A DNA stretch of 64,000 nucleotides. It comes from Histomonas meleagridis 2922-C6/04-290x (lineage: Eukaryota; Protista; Parabasalia). Shown here piece by piece: positions 46,473 through 57,688 of the stretch. Position 1 is the stretch's first letter. Each line of letters begins with the position of its first letter. The position numbers were made by a program, and so were the translations under genes. The stretch lies in contig JAANOX010000099.1 of NCBI GenBank assembly GCA_020184695.1, forward strand, positions 248,001-312,000, written 5' to 3'. The notes under the pieces are model-generated. The model did not search any database. It was given only the letters and a program-made list of their open reading frames with translations, and was not told the DNA's origin.

Positions 46473-48399
46473 TTATTCTGAGTGTTCTTCTTTATTTTTA
46501 TTCATTTCAACTTGTTTTAAACTTTCTATCAATTGTTTTGATTCAATATTGATATACATTTCTCTTTTAATTCCTTTCTTAGTTAAATGAATATCACTTT
46601 GATAACAAACAAATATAATATCAATTATATTATTTAACATTCCAAATACAAATGAACAAAATAAATAACTTAATATAAATATGATAAATAATGATAAAAT
46701 CCAATCATGAATAAAATCTTTTATTATAAATTTAATATATAAAAAGAAGAAAAATGTATTAATTCCTGATGTAACAATTTTTAAAGAAAATATGATAAAA
46801 TTTGTAATCCCATTTAAAGATATTGTTAATAAAATATCATTAAATAATATTTTTGATGAAATTTTAATACTTTTATACCATGAACTATTATAAATTTGTG
46901 ATATTGTAAAAAGGATTCGATTAATATAACGAAGAAATTTTTCAAAAATATAAAGACAACATGTTAAACATTTCATTAAAATTATAATAAATTTACTAAT
47001 ATTTAATGAATTCTTTTTAATTCTTTGTTCAATAAAATTTAATATTATAATTAATAAATAAAAAGGAATAATAATTATAGTTGAATATGTAATAGTTCCA
47101 AGTGATTTAGTAAAAGATAAATAAAATCCATAAAAACATTTAAAATTACATATATTTGAAATATTTTGATTAAAATACCAATAAACAATAGATGAAGAGA
47201 TTGAATAAAAATTAATAAAATATAAATGAATCGTGATAAATATAAAATAACAGAAATTATATATTAATATATATTTAATAATATCATTAAATAAATAACT
47301 TAAATATAATTTATTATTTTTATATTTAATAATAAAATCATTTGATGTATAATTAAAAATTGAAGATAAAAATAATTATTAAATAAAAAATTAATATTAA
47401 TATTAATGAAATAAAAGGTATAAAAAATGAAATTATATTTGAAATAGTTGCACGTGATGAAATTTCAATAATTTTAATAGTTTTATTAAGTTTATCTATT
47501 AAAAATACTATAATTAATAATATAATAATTCCAATACACCAAAATATATAAGGAATATATTTATAATAATATTTATTATTATTATTATCATTATTATCAT
47601 TATTATCATTATAAATATAAAATAATATTCCAAAACATATAAATATTAAAGGAAACATAAAACATATAAAATAAATAAAGAAATTTGTAAAATATTTTAA
47701 TAAATATATAAATAAGAATGATATAATAATTGATAAAAATGAAGATAATAAAATTGGTAACCATAATTTAATAAATGAAATTATATTTTGATTTAAACCT
47801 GGAATAAAATTTATAAAATGATTTTTAATACTTTCATTAAGAATTGGAATACAACGATTTAATATTTGTTGTGTAGGATAAGGGCAAATACATTTACCTC
47901 CTTTCTTACGTTCTTGAATACGTTGTTCTTGATTAAAATATGAAGGACAAATTCGAATCGAATCTTTACATGAATCTGTGATCGCTTCTTCAAAAGTATT
48001 TAATGTTGGACATTTTTTAACACAATATTGATGTTCACCGATTCTTTCATATTCTTTCCCATTATTTCGTGGTAAACTAAATAATAAATAAGGATATTCA
48101 AGAAAATTATAAAGTTGAAATCTCGTTGAATTATAATTATGAATTTTATTAATTAATTTATGATTATCAATCCCACAATAATTCCCATTTTCATCCCATG
48201 ATTGAAATAATAACAAAGGTTTCCCTTTTAAAATTCCAAATATTAATAATAATATTAATAATATAAAAAATATAAGAAATATTATACTACCAAAAATATC
48301 ATGAAAATTCATATTATAAATATCACCTGGATTTCGATATTGACCCCAATTTCTTCGATCAATTTTCTCTTTACCTGTTGGAAGTATAATATCACTCAT
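46473..48399 (-). CDS. Choline transporter-like (CTL/SLC44) membrane protein, frameshifted
   Basis: FHDIFGSIIF, DENGNYCG, Cys-rich loop (YCVKKCP, ILNRCIP) and many TMs. The frame continues through the AT-rich 46976-47353 stretch with indels. Confidence 0.75.
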
Positions 48400-49094
48400 G
48401 TTCGATTTTATTTTATTTTAATTATTCCTTCTTATGTTTGAATAACGAAAAAATTCATTTATGAAAACTTTTTAATTTTATTTTTTGTTACTAATGAAAA
48501 ATTGTTATTGTTAATATTTGAATTAAAACATTGTTTTGGGTTTTTGTTTTTATTTCTATCCGTTTCTTTTTCAAAATGATTAACATTAACGAAAATAAAC
48601 ATTAAAATCATAGTTATTTTTATGATTTTAGTAATGTTATTTAATTTAGAGATTAAAGTTCCAATAAACTCATTGGAAAAAAATGTTAAGTTATATATAA
48701 AACCTTTCCCAAGATGATTCTGTATAATATGTTCGTTTTTGCTTTCTGTTTCTTTTATTTTAATTATACATTTAACAAATAGAAATGTAAGTAACAAAAA
48801 TTAATGTTTTGCTTTTTTCAACTTAAATGAAATTAAATTACATTGGAATGAAATGCACAATTTACAAAATTTCCTTGAAACAAATTACTCTGATTTTTGC
48901 AATATAAATATTTAAAATTAACTGTACAATTTCATAATAAAATAAACACTTATATGATTCCGAAAGTTTTACTTTTATGTAAATTTCATTCACATAATTT
49001 ATAGTAACATGAAATGAATCATCAAAATTATACATTTTTCATCTTATTCAAACAACAAATTATTTATGAAAAATTTATTTATTCCATACAAACG

Positions 49095-51260
49095 CTACCA
49101 AACTTCTTCATCCTCCGAATTGACGAAATTTTCCAAATCCAATGGGTAATACTGTGACACGTCCCATTTATCTATTAGATAAGCAATAAAGTTTATACCC
49201 AAATCTGCTATTTGTTTTCCATAAATCAAAATTTCTTTTGACTGTACAATATTTGGTCCGAAAACAATTGCCAAATTTTTCTTATCCATTTTTGTGACTT
49301 TTTCATTTTTTGCCATTTGTTGTAAGAAACCAACCAAATATCCCAAAGTGACGACATGTAATTTTGGGAGTGTTTTCACAAACGAAATATATTCCTTATC
49401 TTTCAGCTTCATTAGTTTCGATACTAATGTATATGGTATTAAAGGTTCAGCTAAGTCTCGGACCCAACTCTTAAGTAATGACGCGATGTCATCGACTTTA
49501 TCATTAAGGAATGATTCGACGCCTTCGTTTGCTCTGCAAATCATTTGGTCGACTTCTTTCCCACTTCCTGTGATACGGAATATTCCGACATGACTTTCGC
49601 AGTTTAATTCGAGTAACTTCTTGATCATTTCGTATAGCACTAATGGGATTGGACAATTCGGATCGATCTTACGTTGGTTCCACATGATTTCATATAATGA
49701 CACGCCGAATACTTTACGTGACGTGTATACATGTAAAGGAATCTCTGTAATGTTTTGAAGTAACATTCCGTCGAGTTGTTTCCCAATGCTACAACGCTCT
49801 GTGAATCGAATGTACGTAAACTTTACAGTGGCGGAGATTTTCGGGTCGGGATAATTCATTCGTTGCGACAAAAACGATTTAATCCATGTCTCACTATTTA
49901 ATGTCGATGGAAATATCGTAGCAATGATAAGAAACAAATTATATGTCGCAATTAAACAGTCTTGGCTCGTGTTTCCTTGCGTTTGCTTCATTATTTGGAA
50001 GTATACTTCATCAATCAATGGCGCCTTCGAGTATAATATCGATACTAATTCACATGCTGCTGATAAATTACTTTTACCATTTGCGCCTGTGTAACTTAGT
50101 ATTAAGTTAAAGCATCGAATCGCATCGCGTTTATACATTTCAGGTAATGATTGCAAAAGAGGAGCTGTTAATGGCTTCGTTTGGAATGTGATCAAATTGT
50201 CTAATGAAACCTTAGTACGACGGAAAACTCGACGCTCTTTTTGCTTCTGGAAATGCTGCTGAGCAAAATCGCGGAAAACAAATTTGTGGATTTCATCTGT
50301 AAATGACACCGGAGGAAGGCGCTCTTTGCGCTTGCCAGTCTTCTCGGGAGGCTTCGGTGGCTTTGGCGCGGCGCATTGTTCAGGAGGAACAAAGTTTTTG
50401 ATCTTGGGATCGACTTCGATGACGACGTTTTTGTACTCTTGATCAGAAATTGGTGGCGGAGGAGGCGGAGGAGGAACAGCATTAGCATTGGCGTTGTCGG
50501 CTGTTTGCATTAGTTCTGTTTCCGTTTGTTTTTGTGGTATCGAATTAGTTTCGCTTTGGTTTTGCGATGGTTTTGTTGAGGTATTCGATGTTAAAACTTT
50601 GGGTTGTTGACTTTGATTGGATGAAGAATAAAGTGACTGTGAATGATTTGCATTCGGTGGTGGTGATGAAGATGAAAAACTTTGAGGTTTTAACGAAGGA
50701 GTAACTGTTGTTGAGTGTGGTTGTTGACTAATGTTAGTTGATGAGGATAATGTTGGTGGTTGATTTTGTAATGGGATTGGTGAAATGGATTGGGGTGAAA
50801 GTGATTGTGAAAGTGATGGAGTTGGCTCATTGGATACTGGTTGTTGGTCACGAGATGGAGCTGAGTTATTGGTAGATTGTTGAAATAATTGTTGAAATCG
50901 AGGATTATTTCGCTGTGATGGTGGAATATAATGTAATTGTGGATGTGGTCGCTTAACGGATTGAGATGGAGGCTGGGGTTGTGATGGCTGTGATGGTTGA
51001 GGTGGAAGATTAGTTTGTATTATGGGATTTGCTTGCGGAGATAGTGATTCAAAAGGACTTGGTTCTGTAGCAGACCCAACAGGTGATTTAGAATTTGACA
51101 CTTCATTTGGATTTGGAAATGGTTTACGGGTGTGAGGATCTAGAACAATTGCATTTTCTGGATATTTCCATGTTGTTGTTCCGAGGGCTGCATCAAGGTA
51201 ATAGTACCTTTGCTTTTTTTGATCAAAGTATGCATAGTACCCCTTTTTATCATTTTGCAT
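49095..51260 (-). CDS. WW + MyTH4 + RhoGAP protein (ARHGAP39/Vilse-like)
   Basis: WW (YYYLDAALGTTTWKYP), a P/S/Q-rich linker, MyTH4 (LIDEVYFQIMKQ) and RhoGAP (GIFRITG, KMDKKNLAIVFGPNI). Confidence 0.9.
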   Translation of the reverse strand: MQNDKKGYYAYFDQKKQRYYYLDAALGTTTWKYPENAIVLDPHTRKPFPNPNEVSNSKSPVGSATEPSPFESLSPQANPIIQTNLPPQPSQPSQPQPPSQSVKRPHPQLHYIPPSQRNNPRFQQLFQQSTNNSAPSRDQQPVSNEPTPSLSQSLSPQSISPIPLQNQPPTLSSSTNISQQPHSTTVTPSLKPQSFSSSSPPPNANHSQSLYSSSNQSQQPKVLTSNTSTKPSQNQSETNSIPQKQTETELMQTADNANANAVPPPPPPPPISDQEYKNVVIEVDPKIKNFVPPEQCAAPKPPKPPEKTGKRKERLPPVSFTDEIHKFVFRDFAQQHFQKQKERRVFRRTKVSLDNLITFQTKPLTAPLLQSLPEMYKRDAIRCFNLILSYTGANGKSNLSAACELVSILYSKAPLIDEVYFQIMKQTQGNTSQDCLIATYNLFLIIATIFPSTLNSETWIKSFLSQRMNYPDPKISATVKFTYIRFTERCSIGKQLDGMLLQNITEIPLHVYTSRKVFGVSLYEIMWNQRKIDPNCPIPLVLYEMIKKLLELNCESHVGIFRITGSGKEVDQMICRANEGVESFLNDKVDDIASLLKSWVRDLAEPLIPYTLVSKLMKLKDKEYISFVKTLPKLHVVTLGYLVGFLQQMAKNEKVTKMDKKNLAIVFGPNIVQSKEILIYGKQIADLGINFIAYLIDKWDVSQYYPLDLENFVNSEDEEVW

Positions 51261-52258
51261 GTAATTATGATGTTAACGTATTCCAACACTTTTTATATAA
51301 CGCTTTGGTTTTGTATGAGCTTTTTTAATGCAGTACGTTATGGATGAAACTTTTTGTGATGTTACCGGCTTTTTTCTATCACAACAAAAATACAACAAAG
51401 ATAAAACAAAAAGAAATATTATTATTATTTCATATTTCATTAATTTGAATATAATATTTGAATTTAATGATAGATATATAATTATTAAATCGTGGTCAGG
51501 TAAAGAGATATGAATAATCACTTATTAAAAATCTCCCATATAATGTTTCTATTAAGTATGCGGAAATATATGCAGATTAATTAATTAGTTCTGTTAAATA
51601 AAAATATTTTTATTGAGCGGTTGTTTGTTTCTGACACATTCATTTTTGGCAGGTGGTTTGATTAAGCTTTTGTTAGGATTTCAAGGCTTTATATTATTCT
51701 CCAGTTTTTACTTAGAAGTGACAGTGGCAAGATAAACTTGCTTCTCGGCGTCGTTCAAAGAATCAATGAAAATCCTATATAGTAATATCGTATGTTAGAT
51801 ATGTTTATTTTTTAAACTATTATCTTGTATCATTTTTATTAAAATTTTTGTGAAAAAGTGAAAATAAATGTAAAAACATTTGCAAATGCAACTTTTGATA
51901 TGAAGTGGCGCCGATCTTTATTTATTTTTGAATAAGAATATATTATATAATATTTAGAAAAATAAAATAATTTTTAAAAAATATTTTTTATATGAAAACT
52001 GATCTTGATTTATTTTTGAATAATCGAGATTCTGGTGAAGTGAAGGAAGCCAAATAAAAAGCGCTTTTTAAACCCAATTGAATTTTTCTGTGCAAAAAAT
52101 ATAAAGTACCGAATTGAACACAGTTCAAGCACAAACTTCCACGATAGAAACGATGTCAAAAATTATGTGAGTCTTGGATCAAAATCACATGAAAAAGTCA
52201 TTATTTTCCCATCGTTCTTTCTTTTGTGGTTTAACAAAAAAGTGTTATCGTTTAGGAA

Positions 52259-53473
52259 ATGAAAGTTGTGGATTCTTTGCTTCTTGTTAAATTTACAGTC
52301 GGGGATCTACCTATTATTCTAAGTTCATGGCCGCGCCCTTTTAATTTTGTGGAAGAAGAAGAACAAATGTTTGTGTCCTCAGCAAATCCTTTGACAGAAT
52401 TAAAAGATGGGCAAGTATATTCTTTCAATATACCCTCCATGTATTGCTATTCACTCTTTTTTACGCATGATGGAACAGGCTATTCGCTTGTTCTTTTATC
52501 ACCTTATCCATTTGCTTTTTTTTTCACAACAATATTAAATTATGTTTATAATGAGTTTCAAAAAGATGATACCCCTCTAGAGCCCCTTTCACGTTTATCA
52601 TATCTTGCCACCATAATTAAATCAATTCCAGATAATATTAATTCTTCCATTACTGTTCATTTTCCATTTTGGGATTATGAGACAAATATTACTCCAGATT
52701 CCTTTACTTACAAAGACTATGATCCCACTGATTATTTTACAGATGAACAATGTAATGAAATTTGGTTATCATTATTTACCAACACTCCAATTCTTTTCAT
52801 TGCTGAAGACATCACTAGTGCTAACGATGCTGTTTTTAGTGCATTATCTCTTCTTTCACCACTTCAATTTTGTGATGAAGTATGCGTTTGGCTAACAGAA
52901 ACAGATCCACGATTTGTCTCCATAATTAACGGCGACAGTAACATTAAGATTGCGGCCACTAGTTGTGTTTATTTAGGCGAAGCGACATCATTTTTTAAGA
53001 ATGTAATTCAAGTTCCAAAAAGACATCCGCGAAGCAGTGAAATTCGTGAAGAGCTCCAAAAGAAGACGAAACAAATAATAACAATGACGAATTATGAGCT
53101 CGATCATATGGTATTAGCAAAAGATCCATATTTCGAAGACACAAAACAAGAACTCGACAAGCAAAAGCTCCAAAAGTCGCTTGACTATTATAAGAAGTTT
53201 AATTTGCCGTGCGCAGATGACTTCGTAAAATGGGAAAATTCAAACACGTTTAAGAAGTGGAGAGAAATAAGGCCGTCAAAAGATCCATTTAGAGAAGGAC
53301 TACTGAACTGTGATAGGAAACTTCTGCTGCAAAAGAAATCAAAAGAAGAATTGGAAGTCATTAGTAAAGTTATCGATGAATATCGCAAAAAATATAAAAA
53401 AGACGAACACGTAATGGCGGTCTTAAGAATGCATAAAAGAGAAGTAAAGAAACTTCTCAATGAAAAGAATTAA
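52259..53473 (+). CDS. Hypothetical protein, possibly DENN-like
   Basis: 404-aa ORF. SLVLLSPYPF and WLSLFTNTPILFIA..SANDAVFSALSLLSPL resemble the DENN core. Confidence 0.5.
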   Translation: MKVVDSLLLVKFTVGDLPIILSSWPRPFNFVEEEEQMFVSSANPLTELKDGQVYSFNIPSMYCYSLFFTHDGTGYSLVLLSPYPFAFFFTTILNYVYNEFQKDDTPLEPLSRLSYLATIIKSIPDNINSSITVHFPFWDYETNITPDSFTYKDYDPTDYFTDEQCNEIWLSLFTNTPILFIAEDITSANDAVFSALSLLSPLQFCDEVCVWLTETDPRFVSIINGDSNIKIAATSCVYLGEATSFFKNVIQVPKRHPRSSEIREELQKKTKQIITMTNYELDHMVLAKDPYFEDTKQELDKQKLQKSLDYYKKFNLPCADDFVKWENSNTFKKWREIRPSKDPFREGLLNCDRKLLLQKKSKEELEVISKVIDEYRKKYKKDEHVMAVLRMHKREVKKLLNEKN

Positions 53474-53764
53474 TGGAAATGTATGCACTTAATAAAGTTT
53501 TTATACGTTTAAATTTTCATATTAATAATTCAATTTCTCTTGCTGAAAAGATCAATTATACATAGTAATAATAAAATTTAATTTAATAAAATTAATAAAA
53601 GCGCATATAAAAGTGCGTATGGTGAATTTAACCATATGTGTAAATTTCAAAAATAGAAATAAAATTTTTAATGCTCAATAATTTCGTCAAAATCAGGAAT
53701 TGTATGAAATTAATAGTGCATTTATGTCTTTCCTTGCATAATTTATTAAAGTTTGGTATGAAAA

Positions 53765-54629
53765 TTATAAATTTTTAATCTTTAATTTTTGGGTTTTTTG
53801 GAATTTTAAAAAATTTGTTTTTTCGGCGGTTGTCATCACATCGCATTCAAAAAGTGGAGAATTGTGGGAATAACCAACAAAAAGTGGGTACAAAAGAGGT
53901 ACAGTTAGCACACGACCCGACAAAGTTTTTTTTATATCTTTTGGTATATATTTTGTTGTTTGCACACAAATGATAACGTTAATATTAAAATGTCTGAGCT
54001 TTTTCAATAATCTTGACATCTCCGTCTTTTTACTTCTCAGTAAAGGATGATTAGCAAAATCGTCTAATATCAACAAGCATCTATGCGAATAAGTTTTCCA
54101 TTGATATTTCGCTAACTATTCAGAAATGTATTTTCATTTCTTTTTCGAGTTATTCAAATTATATTGTCATAAATAATCTTTCTACTTCTTCATCCGTTTT
54201 CTTAAAATCTAAATTGATATATTTGATGATAGAATTATATTTTAAAATTCTCCGAATATATTTATTAATCCAGTCTAACAAATCAGTATCTTTTATCGCA
54301 ACAAGTTTCGTTTTCTTTATTGCTTTTTTATATGTATTTACTGTTTAATCAAATTTTGATGATGTACAACAAATAGTTATTAGTTCAAAAAACGATTCGT
54401 TAAATAGTACTTCTTGTTTCGCGCTGAGTTTAACGTAAAGATATGATTTACCATAACATATTGGCGCTATAAATGCTGTTATTCCGTTCTGAGCAAATAA
54501 GAATTTTTTATGTATTGGTTTTATTTTCGCGTTTTCTAATATTTCTTTGTTTTGTTTTTCTAATTTATCGAACGATTCTTTAATCTCATCAAATTTTTTA
54601 TCTATATTCTTCGATTTATTTTTCCGCAT
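53765..54629 (-). pseudogene. Maverick/Polinton packaging ATPase (A32-like) remnant
   Basis: GITAFIAP..GKSY (Walker A), LLDWINKY, LILDDFANHPLL (Walker B) and LKKLRHFNINVIICVQT resemble the T. vaginalis Maverick ATPase. Broken by stops. Confidence 0.8.
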
Positions 54630-54692
54630 TATTTTTTTTATTTATAAAAATAAATTTTTTACCTTTAATAGCTAAAATTATTCCAAGATTAT

Positions 54693-55135
54693 TTGATATC
54701 AGAATATATAATTGATTACGCCGCCGTTGAGTTTAAATATAATCACAATACAACAGTTAAGATAGATAAACCGACAAACAAACCTATACTTCATAATAAT
54801 ATTCTTGTTGGCGTTAAATTTTATGATAAGAATATAAAACTTTTTGAATCAGTAAATTCAAAGTTTACCGATAACATTCTTACTAAAACAAATGAAAAGA
54901 AACTCATAAATATTGCTTATGCAGAATCAAATAATGAATTTATGAAAGCCAAGAATGATATCGTATAACGAATCATCGATGAATTAGTCGAGAAACGTGA
55001 AGAAATCGATAATAAAATTATATCATTGAATGCATATGTTGGAAATGAAAATATCGCGATATCAAAAGAGTTTGAAGGTTTAAAAATTAGTTTTCCGGAT
55101 AGTACAGACGACAAGAAATCATTGGATATGTAAAT
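54693..55135 (+). pseudogene. Probable second Maverick ORF remnant
   Basis: ORF diverging from the ATPase, with an in-frame stop after KAKNDIV and continuing to KKSLDM. Assigned by context. Confidence 0.4.
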
Positions 55136-55276
55136 TATATAGAAATAACAAACACATTACGAAATAAATTTATATTTAATTTTAACGTCACTTTTTCAAT
55201 ATACGCCTTGCGTTCGATTCCCATACGTAGCGTTTTTTGTAAATGCTATACGTTCGATTTCCAAACCTATTGAATT

Positions 55277-55500
55277 TCATTTTTGAACATTTTTATATTC
55301 TACCTTAACGTTCACGTCATCCTCTGTCATGTGCTCCTGATTGTTTTGAATAAAATGTTTAACAAGATATAAATTTCCAATTCTTGCTGATTCGTTAACA
55401 ATATCATCATTAATATTCATACCATTTTCTTGAAGGAACAAAAATATTTTATAATTAAAAGATGTAATACATTTCTTTCCTAATTCCAAATTTTTAATTT
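55277..55500 (-). pseudogene. Ankyrin/DUF3447-family internal fragment
   Basis: ELGKKCI..NYKIFLFLQENG..ESARIGNLYLVKHF aligns with the 4560-4700 protein region. Confidence 0.7.
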
Positions 55501-55504
55501 CAAT

Positions 55505-55915
55505 GATGAAGCTGTAGCTTTATTCAGAGGCCAATTACTTCCATATGCAAAAGAGCCTGAAATTCGGATTTTTTATGGAAAAATAATTGCAGATTTTTTA
55601 AGATATAAATGGGAAGGAAGTACAGGAAGGGAGCAAGAGGAAGTTGCAGAGGAATGCAAAGATACATATGACCAAGTTGTGGAGCTCACAAAAACTTCAT
55701 TACCAGTTTATCATTCATTGCGACTTGAATTGTTCCTCAATTTTTCTGTTTTCACGTATGAAGTTTTAGGTGATCCGGTGGAAGCTCGTAATTTAGCCAT
55801 AAGTACTCGTTCTGATGCAGAATCTGGTCTTGATCAATTAAGTAACGAATCTAAAGAAGAAGCAATTCATGCAATGGAGCTCCTCCGTGAAAACATAGCA
55901 CAATGGGAGCAATAA
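55505..55915 (+). pseudogene. Divergent 14-3-3 protein, C-terminal half only
   Basis: IFYGKIIADF.RY, LRLELFLNFSVFTYEVL and LDQLSNES..AIHAMELLRENIAQW. No 5' half; one frameshift. Confidence 0.8.
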
Positions 55916-56557
55916 ATTTATACCATTCTTTTTGTGCAATGAATATCCATGGTTAGAAAAAATAAATGATCTTTGTAAAGTCAAAATTTGTTGATAATTC
56001 AATTGAATAACATTTCAGAAGGTAAATTTGATGTAAACTTATAAAAAATTTGAATTGGAACTCAACTTATTAGATTAAAACCCAGATAGGATTACAAACA
56101 TGAAATTATGCAATAATTTAACCATTTTTTTTTTAATTTAGAAAAAAATTTGAAATTTTATTTGGTTCAAAATGTTTTTTGAGTTTCAGACATGTTATTA
56201 GCTAAAATAAAAATCATGATTTTCTAACTGGATCAATGACTTACCGTATATTATTAGCTTATATGCAAAGTTGGGCTCTGATAAAATAAGAGAAAAAATT
56301 GTTTCACGTTTTGCTCAATCCCAAATTAATGATGCTTTATGGAATAGGAATATCCACTGATTCAGAAACTACCAATGTTCACTACATTTATACAGGTGGT
56401 GTCTTCTACGATCAAAAATCACCTGTTTTCCTACATCTTTTGGAAACTTAAAAATTTTTCTTCTTTATAAACCATTCAATAATTGTCACAAATTTTACAA
56501 CGGATTCAACCTTAATTTGGGGTGCCCTAAGACATGTAAATTAATATTTTTCTCTGT

Positions 56558-57688
56558 ATGGGAGGAAGTCAAAGTCACACAACAACTTACAAAGGAAACC
56601 TTCAAATATTACAAGATCTAGAAAAAATTATATTTGATTTAAATGAAAATAATATTGATCAATTAGTTGAATCTTCATTAAATTACATTTCTTTAGAATT
56701 TCAATATTCTTTTCTATATATCATTTGTCGAATTATTTATTCATATTTTGTGTCACGTGGCTATGAAAAATTATGTTTCAAATATTTACAAACAATTGAA
56801 GCAAAATCAAGTTATAAGATTATCAACATTTTCACACAATTATTATTATAAACTGATAGTCAAGAATCAAATTATCTTCTCGAAAAAATGATTGAAGACG
56901 AAATAATTGAACCAAAAATTATCCAAACTAAGAAGAATGCATATTTTATGCATTATTTCGCAGAAAAAGAAAACATTAACAAGCAAACAGAAGAACTTAA
57001 AGAGAATAATATTGAACTGCATAAGAAATTAATTAAGGAAGGACATAATCCGAATGAAATTGCGAAAATAATTCGGAATGATGAAATAGAAAAACTTCAA
57101 GAAATATCATCACAAACAAATTTTGATTTTAATCAAACAATTGCACCATCACTTTATGAAAGATGTTCATTTATAAATAAAGAAAATGTTACATTAATTG
57201 ATTATGCAGCATTTTTTTCTTCAGTTAAATGTTTTAAATATTTACTTATGAATGGTTCAAAAGTAGAAAACGCAGGTAAATATGCAGTTGCAGGTGGAAA
57301 TGAAGAAATCATTCATTTATGCGAACAAAGTCATTCAACATTTGATAAAGCATATGAAACAGCAATTGAACTTCATCGAAATGATATCTTTAGATATCTT
57401 TATGAAAATAAATTAGAAAAAATTAATAAATTAGAAGAATTAGGGAAGAAATGTGTTTTGCATGACAATTATAATATTCTTTCATTTTTAGAAAAAGAAG
57501 GCATGCAATCTGATAAACTTATTCTTATTAAATCAATCAATAATGGGAATTTATTTATTTTCCAATATTTTCTAGATAAAAAATCAAAACCAATAAAATT
57601 TTCAGAGATTTCAACTTTTTCTGGTAATAAAGAACTGTTTAATTACCTTATTAAACATAAATATATTGACATAAAACAAAATGTTTGA
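56558..57688 (+). CDS. Ankyrin/DUF3447-type protein, N-terminal part (locus 2), with one in-frame TAA at 56849
   Basis: ORFs 56558 and 56888 share a frame. Paralogous to locus 1. MGGSQS myristoylation-like start. Confidence 0.75.

Noticed and set aside
56230-56460. Possible hAT transposase remnant upstream of the GGGGTGCCCTA motif
   Set aside because: Only a short broken frame (GIGISTDSETT) with no convincing catalytic motifs.
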